The notes under the pieces: model-generated
Seen by the model: only the letters and a program-made list of their open reading frames with translations
Database searches by the model: none
What the model was told of the DNA's origin: nothing
Translations under genes and position numbers: made by a program
NCBI RefSeq assembly: GCF_963921235.1
Contig: NC_086097.1
Coordinates: 8,556,001 to 8,620,000, forward strand
Direction: 5' to 3'
Source of the DNA: Mobula hypostoma
Lineage: Eukaryota
Length of the DNA: 64,000 nucleotides
Shown here: piece by piece, positions 36,848-50,610 of the stretch
How the letters are laid out: the number at the start of each line of letters is the position of its first letter
How positions within the stretch are numbered: position 1 is the stretch's first letter

Positions 36848-39800
36848 TTATAACCATATAACAATTACAGCACGGAAACAGGCCATCTCGGCCCTTCTAG
36901 TCCATGCCAAACTCTTACTCTCACCTAGTCCAACTGACCTGCACTCAGCTCATAACTCTCCATTCCTTTCCTGTCCATATACCTATCCAATTTAACTTTA
37001 AACGACAACATCGAACCTGCCTCAACCACTTCTGCTGGACGCTCGTTCCACACAGCCACCACTCTCTGAGTAAAGAAGTTCCCCCTCATGTTACAGCTAA
37101 ACTTTTGCCCCTTAACTCTCAACTCATGTCCTCTTGTTTGAATCTCCCCCACTCTCAATGGAAAAAGCCTATCCATGTCAACTCTATCTATCCCCCTCAA
37201 AATTTTAAATACCTCTATCAAGTTCCCCCTCAACCTTCTACGCTCCAAAGAATAAAGACCTAACTTGTTCAACCTTTCTCTGTAACTTAGGAGATGAAAC
37301 CCAGGTAACATTCTAGTAAATCTTCTCTGTACTCTCTCTATTTTGTTAACATCTTTCCTATAATTCGTTGACCAGAACTGTACACAATACTCCAAATTTG
37401 GCCTTACCAATGCCTTGTATAATTTCAACATTACATCCCAACTCTTATACTCAATGCTCTGATTTATAAAGGCCAGCATAACAAAAGCTATCTTCAGCAC
37501 CCTATCCACATGAGATTCCACCTTCAGGGAACTATGCATCATTATTCCAAGATCCCTCTGTTCTACTGCATTCTTTTATGCCCTACCATTTGCCATGTAT
37601 GTCCTATTTTGATTAGTCCTACCAAAATGTAGCACTTCACATTTATCAGCATTAAACTCCATCTGCCATCTTTCAGCCCACTCTTCTAACTGGCCTAAAT
37701 CCCTCTGCAAGCTTTGAAAACCTACTTCATTATCCACATCTCCACCTATCTTAGTATCATCTGCATACTTACCACCCCATCATCCAGGTCATTAATATAT
37801 ATGACAAACAACATTGGACCCCATACAGAACCTTGAGGCACACCACTAGATAGCGGTCTCCAATCTGACAAACAGTTATCCACCGCCACTCTCTGGTGTC
37901 TCCCATCCAGCCACTGCTGAATCCATTTTACTACTTCAATATTAATACCTAACGATTGAACCTTCCTAACTAACCTTCCATGTGGAATCTTTTCAAAGGT
38001 CTTACTGAAGTCCATATAGACAACATCCATCACTTTACCCTTGTCAACTTTCCTCGTAACCTCTTCAAAAAATTCAATAAGATTTGTCAAACGTGACCTT
38101 CCACGCACAAATCCATGTTGACTGTTCCTAGTTAGACCCTGTCTATCCAGATAATTATATATACCTCTAAGAATACTTTCCATCAATTTACCCACCACTG
38201 ACGTCAAACTCACAGGCTGATAATTGCTAGGTTTACTCTTAGAACCCTTTTTAAACGATGGAACAACATGAGCAATACGCCAAACCACTGGCACCATCCT
38301 GTCTCTAATGACATTTGAAATATTTCTGCCAGAGCCCCTGCTATTTCCACACTAACTTACCTCAAGGTCCTAGGGAATATCCTGTCAGCACCCGGAGACT
38401 TATCCACTTTTATATTCCTTAAAAGCTCCAGTACTTCCTCTTCTTTAATCATCATAGTTTCTATAACTACCCTACTTGTTTCCCTTACCTTACACAATTC
38501 AATATCCTGAAGAAAATATTGAAGAAAAGAAATTGTCCAAAATCTCCTCCATCTCTTTTGGCTCCGCACATAGCCGTCCACTCTGATTCTCTAAGGGACT
38601 AATTTTATCCCTTACTATCCTTTTGCTATTAATATAACTGTATAAACCCTTTGGATTCATTTTCACCTGACTTACCAAAGCAACCTCATATCTTCTTTTA
38701 GCTTTTCTAATTTCTTTCTTAAGATTCTTCTTACATTCTTTATATTCCTCGAGCACATCATTTACTCCAAGCTGCCTATATTTATTGTAGATCTCTCTCT
38801 TTTTCTGAACAAAGTTCCAATATCCCTTGAAAGCCATGCCTCTCTCAAACTTTTAATCTTTCCTTTAAACCTAACAGGAACATAAAGATTCTGTACTCTT
38901 AATATTTCACCTTTAAATGACCTCAATTTCTCTATTACATCCTTCCCATAAAACAAATTGTCCCAATCCACTCCTTCTAAATCCTTTCGCATCTCCTCAA
39001 AGTTAGCCTTTCTCCAATCAAAAATCTCAACCCTGGGTCCAGTCCTATCCTTCTCCATAATTATATTGAAACTAATGGCATTGTGAACACTGGACCCGAA
39101 GTGCTCCCCAACACATACCTCCGTCACCTGCCCTATCTCATTCCCTAACAGGAGATCCAACACTGCCCCTTCTCTATCTGGTACCTCTATGTATTGCTGC
39201 AAAAAACTATCTTCCACACGTTTTACAAACTCCTAACCATCCAGTCCTTTTACAGAATGGGTTTCCCAGTCTATGTGTGGAAAATTAAAATCTCCCACAA
39301 TCACAACCTCGTGCTTACGACAAAAATCTGCGATCTCCTTACAAATTTGCTCCTCCAATTTTCGCTCCCCATTAGGTGGTCTATAATACACCCCTATAAA
39401 CGTTACTGCACCTTTCCCATTCCTCAATTCCACCCAAGTAGCCTCCCTAGACAAGTCCGCTAATCTATCCTGCCAAAGCACCGCTGTAATATTGTCTCTG
39501 ACAAGCAATGCAACACCTCCCCCTCTTGTCCCTCTGATTCTACTACACCTGAAGCAACAAAATCCAGGAGTATTTAGTTGCCAATCACACCCCTCCTGCA
39601 ACCATGTTTCACTAATAGCTACAACAACATATTTCCAGGTATCAATCCATGCTCTAAGCTCACCCACCTTTCTTACAATGCTTCTAGAATTAAAATAGAT
39701 GCATTTAAGAAACTCTCCACCTCTTACTCTCTGTTTATCCCTAATGGTGCAAACAACTTTGTTTATCTTTTTCTTCCTTCTCCCCTATATCTTTGGTCTG

Positions 39801-41312
39801 AGTGCTCCCGTTCTCTGTCCCCTGCCTATCCTCCCTTACACACTGTCTACTAGCTTTCTCTATTTGTGAACTAACCTCCTCTCTCCTAGTCTCTTCAATT
39901 TGATTTCCACCCTCCAACCATTCTAGTTTAAAGTCTCCCCAGTAGCCTTTGCAAATCTCCCCACCAGGATATTGGTCCCCCTAGGATCCAAGTGCAACCC
40001 GTCCTTTTTGTACAGGTCACACCTGCGCCAAAAGCAGTCCCAATGATCCAGAAACTTGAATCCCTGACCCCTGCTCCGATCCCTCAGCCACACATTTATC
40101 TTCCACCTCATTGCATTCCTACTCTCACTGTCGCGTGGCACAGGCAGTAATCCCAAGATTACTACCTTTGCGGTCCTTCTTCTCAACTCCCCACCTAACT
40201 CCCTATATTCTCCTTTCAGGACCTCTTCTCTTTTCCCACCTATGTCATTGGTACCTATATGTACCACGACCTCTGGCTCCTCACCCTCCCACTTCAGGAT
40301 ATCTTGGACACAATCAGATACATCCCGGACCCTGGCACCAGGGAGGCAAACTACCATCCGGGTCTCCTGACTGCGTCCACAGAATCATCTATCTGACCCC
40401 CTAACTATCGAGTCCCCTATTACTACTGCCCTCCTCTTCCTTTCCCTACCCTTCTGAGCTACAGGGCCAGACTCTGTGCTGGAGGCATGGCCACTGTCAC
40501 TTCCTCCGGGTAAGCTGTCCCCCCTAACAGTACTCAAACAGGAGTACTTATTGTCAAAGGGCACAGCCACCGGGGTACTCTCTATTACCTGACTCTTCCC
40601 CTTCCTCCTCCTAACCGTGACCGACTTGTCTGTCTCCCGTGGCCCCGGTGTGACCACCTGCCTGTAACTCCTCTCTATCAACTCCTCACTCTCCCTGACC
40701 GGACGAAGGTCATCGAGCTGCAGCTTCAGTTCCCTAACGTGGTCCCTTAGGAGCTGCAGCTCGGCGCACCTGGCGCAGATGTGGACGTCCAGGAGGCTAG
40801 GAGACTCCAGGACCTCCCACAACTGATACCAAGAACAGCAAGCTGCCCTCACACTCATACTTACCCCTTTCCTCAAATAACAGGGAAAATTGAAAACCAA
40901 ACCTTCTTTGCCTCGCCTATTTCTGCCTAAGCCCGTTGAGCCAAAGCCCTTAAGCATTCACTCTGCTCCCGGCTCACTCCGCTGCCTGCTGTATACGGCT
41001 GTGTTCCTTTTAAATCTTCCGCGCTTCACTGCCCGACGTCACACACCTGCGCAGTCCCGCCTCTCTTAACTCCAATGAGAAAAAGAAAAAATCAAAATGG
41101 CTTCCGCTGCACTCCCGCTCTGATTCTCAGACTTCCTTCTCCGAATTAGACCCGAATCAGGATTTCTGACCTTTTTAAATCTTCTGCGCTTCATTGCCTG
41201 ATGTCACATGCCTGTGCAGTCCCGCCTCTCTTAACTCCGATGAGAAAAAGAAAAAATCAAAATGGCTTCTGCCGTCCTCCTGCTCCGATTCTCAGACTTC
41301 CTTCTCCGAATT
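36848..41312 (-). mobile_element. full-length CR1 LINE (5' UTR, ORF1 zinc finger/zipper/SGNH esterase, ORF2 APE-RT), inactivated by frameshifts
   Basis: ORF1 has HICARCAELQLL, VIGDS, HIGTND and DGLHL. ORF2 has AISETWL, GDFNFP, LDLLL, HGFVRGRS and SGVPQGS. The 5' UTR is CpG-rich. Confidence 0.95.
41006..41312 (-). promoter_or_regulatory. tandem ~165-bp monomers in the CR1 5' UTR (putative internal promoter)
   Basis: Units 41006-41147 and 41170-41312 each contain CAAAATGGC (YY1-like). The first also has GACGTCA (CRE-like) and TGCGCA. Confidence 0.55.
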
Positions 41313-42074
41313 CAATCACTGTTCTACCATCTCCCTAGTTATCCTTTTGCTCTTAATGTATGACCTCTCTCATTAACGAAGTGTTTTCACCCACAGAACT
41401 GCTGCTCACCGGACTTTTTTTTGTTTCTCACACCACTCTCTGTAAAGCCTAAAGACTGTTGTATGTGAAAATCCTAGAAGATCTGCAGTTTCTGAGATAC
41501 TCAAACCACCCCATCTGACACCGACAATGATTCCACAGTCAAAATCACTTAGATCACATTGTGATGTTTGGTCTGAACAACAAATGAACCTCTTGACCAT
41601 GTCTGTGTGCTTTTATGTATGAGTTGCTGCCACATGATTGATTAGGTATCTGCAATAATGAGCAGGTGTACAGGTATACCTAATAAACTGGTCACTGAGG
41701 GTGGTTCTTTAATGAGGTTGAATGGTCTACATATCAACATCAAACATTTACTCTTGTACAAATTCTCAGATTCATATTCAGATTGGGTTATTGATATGTA
41801 TATCAGGATGCAATGAAATTTGTTGCTTGCATAACAATCACAGTGTGAAGAGTGTTCAACGTAACTTTATATAGAATAGTGAGTGAAATTCTGCACTGAT
41901 ATTCGCTGACTAAAGTTAATGGTCTGGATGAAATATCAGTAAAATTGTAATTTTTCAGTGGTGCTAACTCTTCTACTGGAACACACAAACATTGAGTTGT
42001 GCAACTTGTTCAGAAATTGGAAAATTAGCAAGTTGCTAATCAATGGTGCACCTCAAATCAAATTTTATTTTTAG

Positions 42075-42335
42075 AGATACAACATGGAACAGACCTTTCC
42101 AGTCTTATGAGCCACGCTGCCCAGCAGCCCATCTATTTAACCCTAGCCTAATCACGACATAATTTGCGATGACCAATTAATCTACTCACCGATATGTCTT
42201 TGAACTGTGGGAAGAAACCTGAGCACCAAGAAACCCATGTGGTCATACAGACTCCTTATAGACAGTGCCAGAATTTAATTCCATACTCCGACACCCCAAG
42301 CTGTAATAATGTCGCATTACATGCTGTGTTACCAT
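42075..42335 (-). mobile_element. V-SINE
   Basis: Homologous to 1-264. Further copies at about 45280-45520, 46625-46905 and 53175-53300 (all -). Confidence 0.7.
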
Positions 42336-42739
42336 TGTTGGTGCCATTTGGGGTGGTTTGAGGGCATGAGTTTTCTTTAAAGAATAAGGCCAGGATGGCA
42401 CAGTAGCTCACCAAGAAGAGCTGAGCTTCACAACTCCAGCGTCAAGTTCAGTTCCTGCTCTCAGCTTCTGCTGTATGTGAGCATTGAATGTTTTCCATCT
42501 GATACCCTGACTTTCCCTTGCTCTGATTTTCTTCCCACATCCCAGAAACACAGAAAGTCAGAAGGTTAATTTCTATTGTAAATTGCCCCTGAGGCAAGAT
42601 GATAAAATTTGGTTGGGGGTGATATAGATGGAAAAATGTGAAGGAGGTTGCAGAGAAGATGAGTGAGGAATGGAATTATTCTGTGAACCAGCATAGACTC
42701 AGTAGATGAAAGGACTCCCTCTATCTCATCTATATTCAC

Positions 42740-43170
42740 TGTTCAAGGATCAGGATTGTTTAATGTCATTTTCATTACACTAGTGAAAGAAGAACAAAGT
42801 AATTGTTGCTCCAGATCCAGTGCAGCACAAAAAACATAAGGTAAAGGAGACATGACTAAAATAAAACATAATGAAGAACAGAAATGCATAAAGTAGCTTA
42901 TATACATAGATTGATTTATGTCCATAAAGTGATGCTTGACACAGGAGTGTCTGTACATAAGGTGACTCGACAGGAAATTATAAAGTAGTGGTGGTTGGGG
43001 ATGTGGAGTGGTGGGTTAGTGGGTGGAGATGTTGATCAGCCTTACTGCTTGAGGAAAGAAACTGCTTTTCAGTCTAGTGGTCCTAGTATGGATGCTACTT
43101 AGCCTCCTCCCTGATGGAAATGGGACAAGCAGTGTTAGAGCGGGGGGTGGGGGGAGGTAGGATCCTTCAT
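42740..43170 (-). mobile_element. Rex-type LINE 3' end
   Basis: Degenerate PFPSGRRLSSIHTRTTRLKSSFFPQAVRLIN and UTR. Confidence 0.7.
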
Positions 43171-43356
43171 GATATCATGATATTACAATTCCACCCTAAC
43201 CCACCTCACCTCTACTTTATAGCTGCCTGTCAGAATCACCCTATGTACAGACACTCCTGTGCATAGCATCATTTTATGGACATACAATCAATCTATGTAA
43301 ATAAACTATCTTATGCATTTTCTGGCACCTTTCTGTATGCAGTGTACCAGTGACCG

Positions 43357-44225
43357 GTGACCAGTGGTGTTCCTCAGGGATCTGTCCTGGGACCCCCACT
43401 CTTTGTGATTTTTATAAATGACCTGGATGAGGAAGTGGAAGGATGGGTTAGTAAATTTGCTCGGTCAAATATGGTGGCAGAATATAGCATTAATGGCAAG
43501 ACTCTTGGCAGTGTGGAGGATCAGAGGGATCTTGGGGTCCAAGTCCATTGGACACACAAAGCTGCTACACAAGTTGACTCTGTGGTTAATAAGGCATACG
43601 ATGTATTGGCCTTCATCAATTGTGGGATTGAGTTTAAGAGCCGAGAGGTAATGTTGCAGCTATGTAGGACCCTGGTCAGACCCCACTTGGAGTAGTGTAC
43701 TCAGTTCTGGTCGCCTCACTACAGGAAGGACGTGGAAACCATAGGAAGGATGCGGAGGAGATTTACAAGGCTGTTGCCTGGATTGGGGAGCATGCCTTAT
43801 GGGAATAGGCTGAGTGAACTCGGTTTTTTCTCCTTGGAGTAGCGGAGGATGAGAGGTGACCTGATAGAGGTGTACATGATAATAAGAGGCATTGATCGTG
43901 TGGATATTCAGAGTCTTTTTCTCAGAGCTGAGATGGCTAGCATGAGAGGACATAGCTTGAAGATGCTTGGAAGCAGGTACAGAGGAGATATCAGGGGTAA
44001 GTTTTTTACGCAGAGAGTGGTGAGTGCATGGAATGGGCTGCCGGTGGCAGTGGTGGAGGCAGAAACAATAGGGTCTTTTAAGAAACTCCTGGATGGATAC
44101 ATGGAGCTTAGAAAAATAGAGAGCTATGGGCAAGCTTAGGTAGTTTTAAGGTAAGTGCATGTTCAGCACAGCTTTGTGGGCCAAAGGGCTTGAATTGTGC
44201 TGTAGGTTTTCTATGTTTCTATGTC
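43357..44225 (+). mobile_element. 5'-truncated CR1
   Basis: [16 protein letters not shown] and WNGLP motifs; tail tttctatgtttctatg. Confidence 0.9.
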
Positions 44226-47200
44226 CTTGATGGCAGATAGGCTGGTGCCAGTGATGCATTGGGCAGTTTTAAATTACCCATTGTACAGCCATCCGGTCTG
44301 CCTCAGAGCACTTCTTATAACATGCATGCTAGGATGCTCTCTACTCCGATTCTCTAAAAGGTCGTGAGTATTGATGTGCATAATCCCATCTCATTTTAGC
44401 TTCCTCAGAAAGTGGAAACATTGGTGAGCTTTCTTGATTGTGCAGGATTTGTTCTGGGGCCATGACAGATTATGTGAGATTTCACTCTCAGAAGCTTGAA
44501 ACCACTCGTTGTTTCCACTGTTGTGCTGCAGATGTGTACGCACATGATATCTTGGTAAGTTGGTTCAAATTGATTCATGTGGCTGTAATGTGAGATCTGT
44601 TTACAAAAACGTGTCCAATACAGTGACCTCCAAGTTACCTTCTCCCTCTAGGACATGGAGAATTGTATTTATTCTTGTATTGCAGAATAACCTTACAGAT
44701 GTAGTTTCAATTGGCTTTCTTTATGTTCATTCTACAGTTTAGCTTCTTGTGAAAACATTAACTCCCTTAAGTGACATTGTTTTCAAACTGGATACAGAAC
44801 TGGTGTGGTTTGGCTTCCTGAAATGCTAACAATTCCTCTCCCCCTACAGATACCTGACCCATTCAGTTCCTCCAGCAGAATATTTGTGGTCACAAAACCT
44901 GTATGCATTACAAAATGTCTATAGTCTTGCAGTCACATCAAAATTACTTGTAATTCCTGAAGGGTTTATAATTGAGTCTTCAAAGCTTAGTCGAATACTT
45001 TGAATAGAACCTGTGATTAAATAGTCTGGATGAAACAACATAAGTAGTATTGTTCATTTAAAATACTTTCAGTCATGCAAGGACAAAATAACTGATGGGA
45101 AATGAAGACACTTCGTAAAGGAATCAAATGTGTTATGAGTTCTTACACCTCAATACTTTTCAAAAACAATTAAATTAATAAAGAACTATCACATAAAGTT
45201 ATGCACAATCCAGAACAATGATTTTATTCAACTAGTTTTAAAGGTCCACACCCCTTCCCTGCCCTATTTATTTATTTAGAGATACTAAACAGAACAGGCC
45301 CTTCCGGCCCAACGAACCATAAGGCCCAGCAACCCGTCTAATCCCAGGACCATTTACAATGAGTAATTAACCTACTAACCAATATGTTTTTGGAATGTGG
45401 GAGGAAGTTCATGTGGTTCACAGGAAGAATGTACTAACACCTTACAGATAGCACCTGAATTGAACTCCAAACTCCGGAATATTCCAAGATGTAATAGCTG
45501 CTACGCTACCATGATGCCCCTCAGGCTTATCCAGTTTTTCCCTTCACCACCCAATATTTCTGACCATAAGACTGAGGAGCATAATGAGACCATTTGGCCC
45601 CTTTAGGCTACTCTGCCCATTCATCATGGCTGTTCCATTTCCCTCTAGACGTGGGAAGGGGATCAGCCATTTTAATCCCAAGTGTTAACTCTCTTTTCTT
45701 CTATCACCATAAATGCTGCCTGACCAGTTCAATATTTCCAACATTTTCATTGCTTTTATTTTAAAATTATATTAAAAACAGATGGTGATCTTTCTGTGAG
45801 ATAATTCATTTAATAATTTGAGGGAGACCAATAACCATCTTTTTTCACAATGTGAACGGTCTCATAAATCCGCTAGTGCTCCTGATATAAGAGGAGTCTC
45901 ATTTGAAGTTTGTGGTTTATAGGTCACCATTCATTGTATGTAAATTAAGTTAGCAAAGTTTATTTTCCAATGTGAGGATATCTTTTCTGTGGTATTCCCC
46001 AAGAGTCAGTGCTGCGATCACTGCTTTTAGTTTTACATGAAATAACTTGGACATATTGTCATTGCTACTGGCCAGGATTCTGAAAGCTCATACTTGTTCC
46101 TTAACCATGCTTTACTTGTGCAAAAGAACACTATTGCCCCTGTCTCCATACTGTCCTTAAACCGAGTAATGCCATTTTTATACAGAATTGTTTAACATTG
46201 AAGGATATTGACCATTTGTTCAAGTTCTTTGTTTGCACGTTCAATCATTATTCAAAATACAGGTGTGAAAAGTCAATAGAACTACAAGGCGAAAGCCCAT
46301 AATACTTTGACGCTAGTAAAGTAACTGCACCCTAGTTAGCGGGTGCTTGGCATCTTTATGTAACATTATCTTTTCTGCCAAATGGCTTCAGCTCCCCTGT
46401 TGTGTAAGAGGAAGCTATGCTCTTCAAAACCCTCTCTTGCTTGGGTTGACTGCACACTATCTGTACACTATCCGTGCCTGAACATGACCTTAACCCTTTC
46501 CTTAATGGACCTTTGACAATGTGTTAGATGGGTCAAGATAAAAGCAGAATCACAAAGGTTGAACAAGCAATAATGCACAAGTAGACACATTGCAAATGGA
46601 GGAAAGCCACACATTATTTATTTAGAGATATAGTGCTGAATAGGACCTTCTGGACCTTTGAGCCATGCCATCCCACAGCCCCAATTTAAGCCTGATCATG
46701 GGTCAACTTGCAATGACCAATTAACCTAACCCGGTGCGTCTTTGGACTGTGGAAGGAAACTGGAAGACCTGGAGAAGACGCACATACTTTATGGCAAAAG
46801 TGTACATTGACTCCTTACAGAGGAGGTTGGGGTTGAAATTTGAAATGCAACCTTGCAATCCAAGCTGTGATAGCATCACACTAACCTCTACACTATCATG
46901 GCACCCATAATGCAAGAAAACGTGAAAGTGACTAGCCATTGCGAGACTTGACCACATCCTATTTCAGAACAGACCAACTAGATGTCATTAATGAAGCAAT
47001 TTGTGTGGGATACACAATGTTATAGAAACAGGATTATTGTTCCTGTTCGGAGACAGAGAATAGGGTGTCATCAGAGAGCGACCAAAGAGCTGGTTATTAG
47101 CTACTCGTGAGATGGTAGAACCTTCCCCACATCCATTTGGGTATGCATATAATTGTTAATTTAAGGGTTTGTAATGAATTAGGAAGAACTTAAATTAAGG

Positions 47201-47239
47201 TATAATAACAGAATTTTCCCATTGCTTTGTGGAGTTGGA

Positions 47240-47645
47240 GTTATCTTGGAAAGGATGTGCTGACCTTGGAGAGGGTTCAGAGGAGGTTCATGAGAATGAT
47301 AGGTTGATAGTATGTTGAGTGTTTGATGGCTCTGAGCCTTTACTCGCTGGAATCTTGAAGAATAAGTGGGGATCCCTTTGAAACCTATAAAATGTTGAAA
47401 GGGCCAAACAGAGTGGATGTGGAGAGAATGTTTCTTTTGGTGGGGGGGAGGGGTCTAAGACCAGAGGGCAGATCCTCAGAATAGAGGGATGTCCATTTAG
47501 AACGGAGATGAGGAGGATTTTCTTTAGCCAGAGGATGGTGAACCTGTGGAATTCATTACAACAGACTGCTATGGAGGCCAGGTCATTGGGTGTATTTAAG
47601 ACAGAGGTTAGGCTGAAGAGCCTAATCCTACTCCTATGCTTTAAG
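47240..47645 (+). mobile_element. CR1 3' fragment
   Basis: LERVQRRF...FFSQRMVNLWNSL. Confidence 0.75.
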
Positions 47646-47984
47646 TGTTCTGATTGTCTAAGATTTTTGGCGGCTCTCTCCCAGCAGCTGATCTATGATT
47701 AAACTTTGGAACTTGAAATGGACTTGGTTCCCAAGGGATTTTCAGTTGCTCATTTTACCTGACAACACTCTGCACAGTTTAGGTAACATAAAGATTAAAA
47801 GATTAATTAACAATGCCGATTGTAGTACTGCGAAAGGGAGCATTGCTGTTTGAAGTTGCAGACAAATAGCAGCTGGAATCTAATACTGAGTGGGAGCTGA
47901 TAGACTTTGGGAGAGAGAATAACAAGTGACCATCTATTTTAAGTTCCACAGTTCTAAAGGGGGTGTAAAAACAGGGGAACATAG

Positions 47985-48680
47985 GCAACATACACAAAAT
48001 GGTGGAGGAATTTACCAGGTCAAGAAGCATCCAAAGAAATGAATACACAGTCAATGTTTTGGGCTGAGACTCTTCATCAGGATTGGAATGGAAGAGAGAA
48101 GATGCCAGAATAGAAAGTGGGGGGGGGGGGGGAGAATGACATGTTCAAGATGGTAGGTGATAGGTGAAGCCAGGTGGGTGAGAGATGGGCGATGCAAAAA
48201 GAAGCTGGGTGGTGATAGGTGGAAAAGGTAAAGGGCTGAAAAAGGAATCTGCTAGGAGAGGAGAGTAGACCATGGAAGGAAGGGAAGGAGGAAGGACACC
48301 AGCAGGAGATGATAGGCAATTGAAGAAAAGAGAAGTGATCAGAGATAAGCCAGAATGTGGAATAAAAGAAGTGAAAAGGAGGAGGGAGAAAAAATGAACA
48401 AAGTTAGAGAAATAAATGCTCTTGCCTTTAAGTTGGAAGCTACACAGACAGAATGTGAGGTGTTGCTCCTCCACATTGAGTGTGGCCTCATCGTGGCAGT
48501 AGAGCAGAGCATGGACCAACATGTTGGAATGGGAGTCGGGAAAGGAATTAAAATGGTTGGCCACTGGGAAATCCTGCTTGTGGATGGAGCTAAGGTGCTC
48601 AACAAAGGAGTTTACCAATTTATGTCGGATTTCACCAATGTACATAACTGGATCCATTAGATGACCCTAACATAATCTAA
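47985..48680 (-). mobile_element. Penelope-like 3' fragment with pLTR and decayed hammerhead
   Basis: YIGEIRHKL...VANHFN...EEQHL, and CTGATGA-AGAGTCTCAGCCC-aaaacattgactg at 48080-48048. Confidence 0.8.
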
Positions 48681-48920
48681 CACAAAGTGTGGACTCTCTG
48701 ACTTAGGGAGAAAAATTAAGAAGGGTCTATATTTTTCAAATCTATAGTTCTAAAGGTGGTGCAAGAACTGCACATGGGTCTATCTGTTCACAAGTTGTTG
48801 AATAGAAGGGCATGTTGATAGAGTGGTAGCAACATTTATTGGCTCCCAAAAGATATTGAAAGCATAGACTAGAAATGCAGGAAACTGTGGAATATGTACA
48901 GAATACCGGTTGGGGGAGCA

Positions 48921-49440
48921 TGAAGTGCCCACGGAGGGGGTAGCACGTCTGGTGAAGGGGCTTGTTGTGTCCATTCTGGGGCCACTCACTCATGTTTGTT
49001 TCCGACTGGACAGTCAGCTCCCACCCATGCTTGAAGCAGCTGTTAGCATATAACAGTGGCCACACCTTGGTATACCACTTCGATAGTTGAGCTAAAGCAG
49101 GTGAGGGTAACTGGCGAGCCTCATACCCCAGTGTCATAGGGGCACAGCAGTGCTAGTATGTGAAATCAGCTCTGGTGGACGGGGTGAATGAGATCTAGAG
49201 TGAGATTTAACGGCCAGGAAGGTGGTACCGCAATGCTTTCTGGAGAGTGAAGGGCAGGACAAGGCACAGGTGACGGTCGTCCACTGCAACCAAGGAAGAT
49301 CCCAGTTTCTGATGCTTGTTCATACCACTGGACCTGGACTTTTGAGGTTGAGAATGGAACTGCTCCTGTGCAACAGCTTTTCCACTTAAACATTCTCCTG
49401 CACAGATTTCCTGTCATTGTCGGACATGATGGACAACCAG
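48921..49440 (+). mobile_element. non-coding RTE-related retroposon, family B (older relative) with HDV-like relic
   Basis: Colinear with 60306-61002 (GGAGGGG..GCAC.TCTGGTG, GGCCACAC, TAAA.CAGGTGAGGGTA, CTAG.ATGTGAA, AACGG.CA.GAAGG.GGT, CCACTGGA, CACTTAAA). Confidence 0.65.
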
Positions 49441-50304
49441 CACTGGTTGGAGGCAGGCTAAGATTCTATGTCCATTTCTGCATACCACACTTTGGTAAGA
49501 TGTGAAAAGGATCAAGAGAAGATTTAATAGAATGGTTTCAGGGTGTGGAATTTGATTTTAGAAATTGAAGTTGATGTTCTTGGAGTTAAAATGGTATTTC
49601 AGATAAGATTTAATAGAGATTTATAATATATTATTTTTAGGTAGTCTAAAAATAGGGAAGATATTCTCTCTGGCTGATGGTTCAAGGTCAGACCCATTGA
49701 TTTAAAAATTTGTGTGAAAAGTCACAAAGGAAAGAATAGATGAGATTCTTTAATCCATGAGCAACAGGTTTGATGGAAATAAAGACAAGCAAAGTCTTCA
49801 GAAGTGAATTTATAGATTTTCAAAGAGACTAATTTGCAGCATTACATGAGGGTAATGAGAATGCTGAGGTGTTCTGTGCAGAAACAGTCTGTAATTCTAT
49901 TGAATTAAATAATTCAACTTCCTATCAGCTCTATCCTGTCAGTAGCTCACTATTCAACACAAGAAATGCTGCATTACAAAGTAGGAACTCATTCTTTACC
50001 AACCTCTATAATTTCATAGAACTGCTTTGTGAAAATGTCGCCAATGGTATCAAGTACATCATTTGAACAGCTCATTATAACATTGTGACAAAATCAATGC
50101 TAACAGCATGGATCTGTAATCAGTTTTATCAAAAGTGCAACTTGAACACTCAAGATAAGAGTGCATCTCCTAGCTTTATTCTTGTAAGTGCCACAATTCA
50201 AGCTATCCCAACCTTTTGGTATCTATTATATCTAATCTCAAGTAATGACTCTGGACTACAATGAGAATCTTTGTCAGTGATCTTATAAAATCACCTTTTA
50301 TCTC

Positions 50305-50460
50305 AAACAAGAGAAAATCTGCAGATGCTGGAAATCCAAGAAACACACACAAAATGCTGGAAGAACTCCGCAAGCCAGACAGCGTCGATGGATAAGAGTA
50401 AACAGTCGACGTATCAGGCCAAGACCCTCCGGCGGAAATGGAGCAAAAAAGATGAGGAGT
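50305..50460 (-). mobile_element. Penelope pseudo-LTR fragment
   Basis: Homologous to 19683-19820; hammerhead core degenerate. Confidence 0.7.
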
Positions 50461-50610
50461 AACACCTTCTATCTTCTAGATTTTGGAATCAGAATCAGGT
50501 TTATTATCACCAACATATGCTGTGAAATTTGTTTTGTGGCACAGAACAGGACAAAGACTATAAAATATGCAAAAATTAAATAGTGCAAAAGACAAATAAT
50601 AAGTTATGCA

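Larger units (their letters stand above)
34088..41360 (-). mobile_element. older CR1 in four pieces (34088-34808, 35271-35965, 36540-36847, 41315-41360)
   Basis: RT motifs (RPHLEYC, KFADDT, TNLIKLF, EIARAL) continue colinearly across three insertions. Confidence 0.8.
33873..41699 (-). mobile_element. non-autonomous Tc1-like transposon split into 33873-34083 and 41361-41699
   Basis: TIRs CTCAGTGGCCACTTTATTAGGTA / TACCTAATAAACTGGTCACTGAG and Tc1 N-terminus DLSDFDCGIIVGVR..GLSISETADLLGFSHTTV. Confidence 0.85.
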
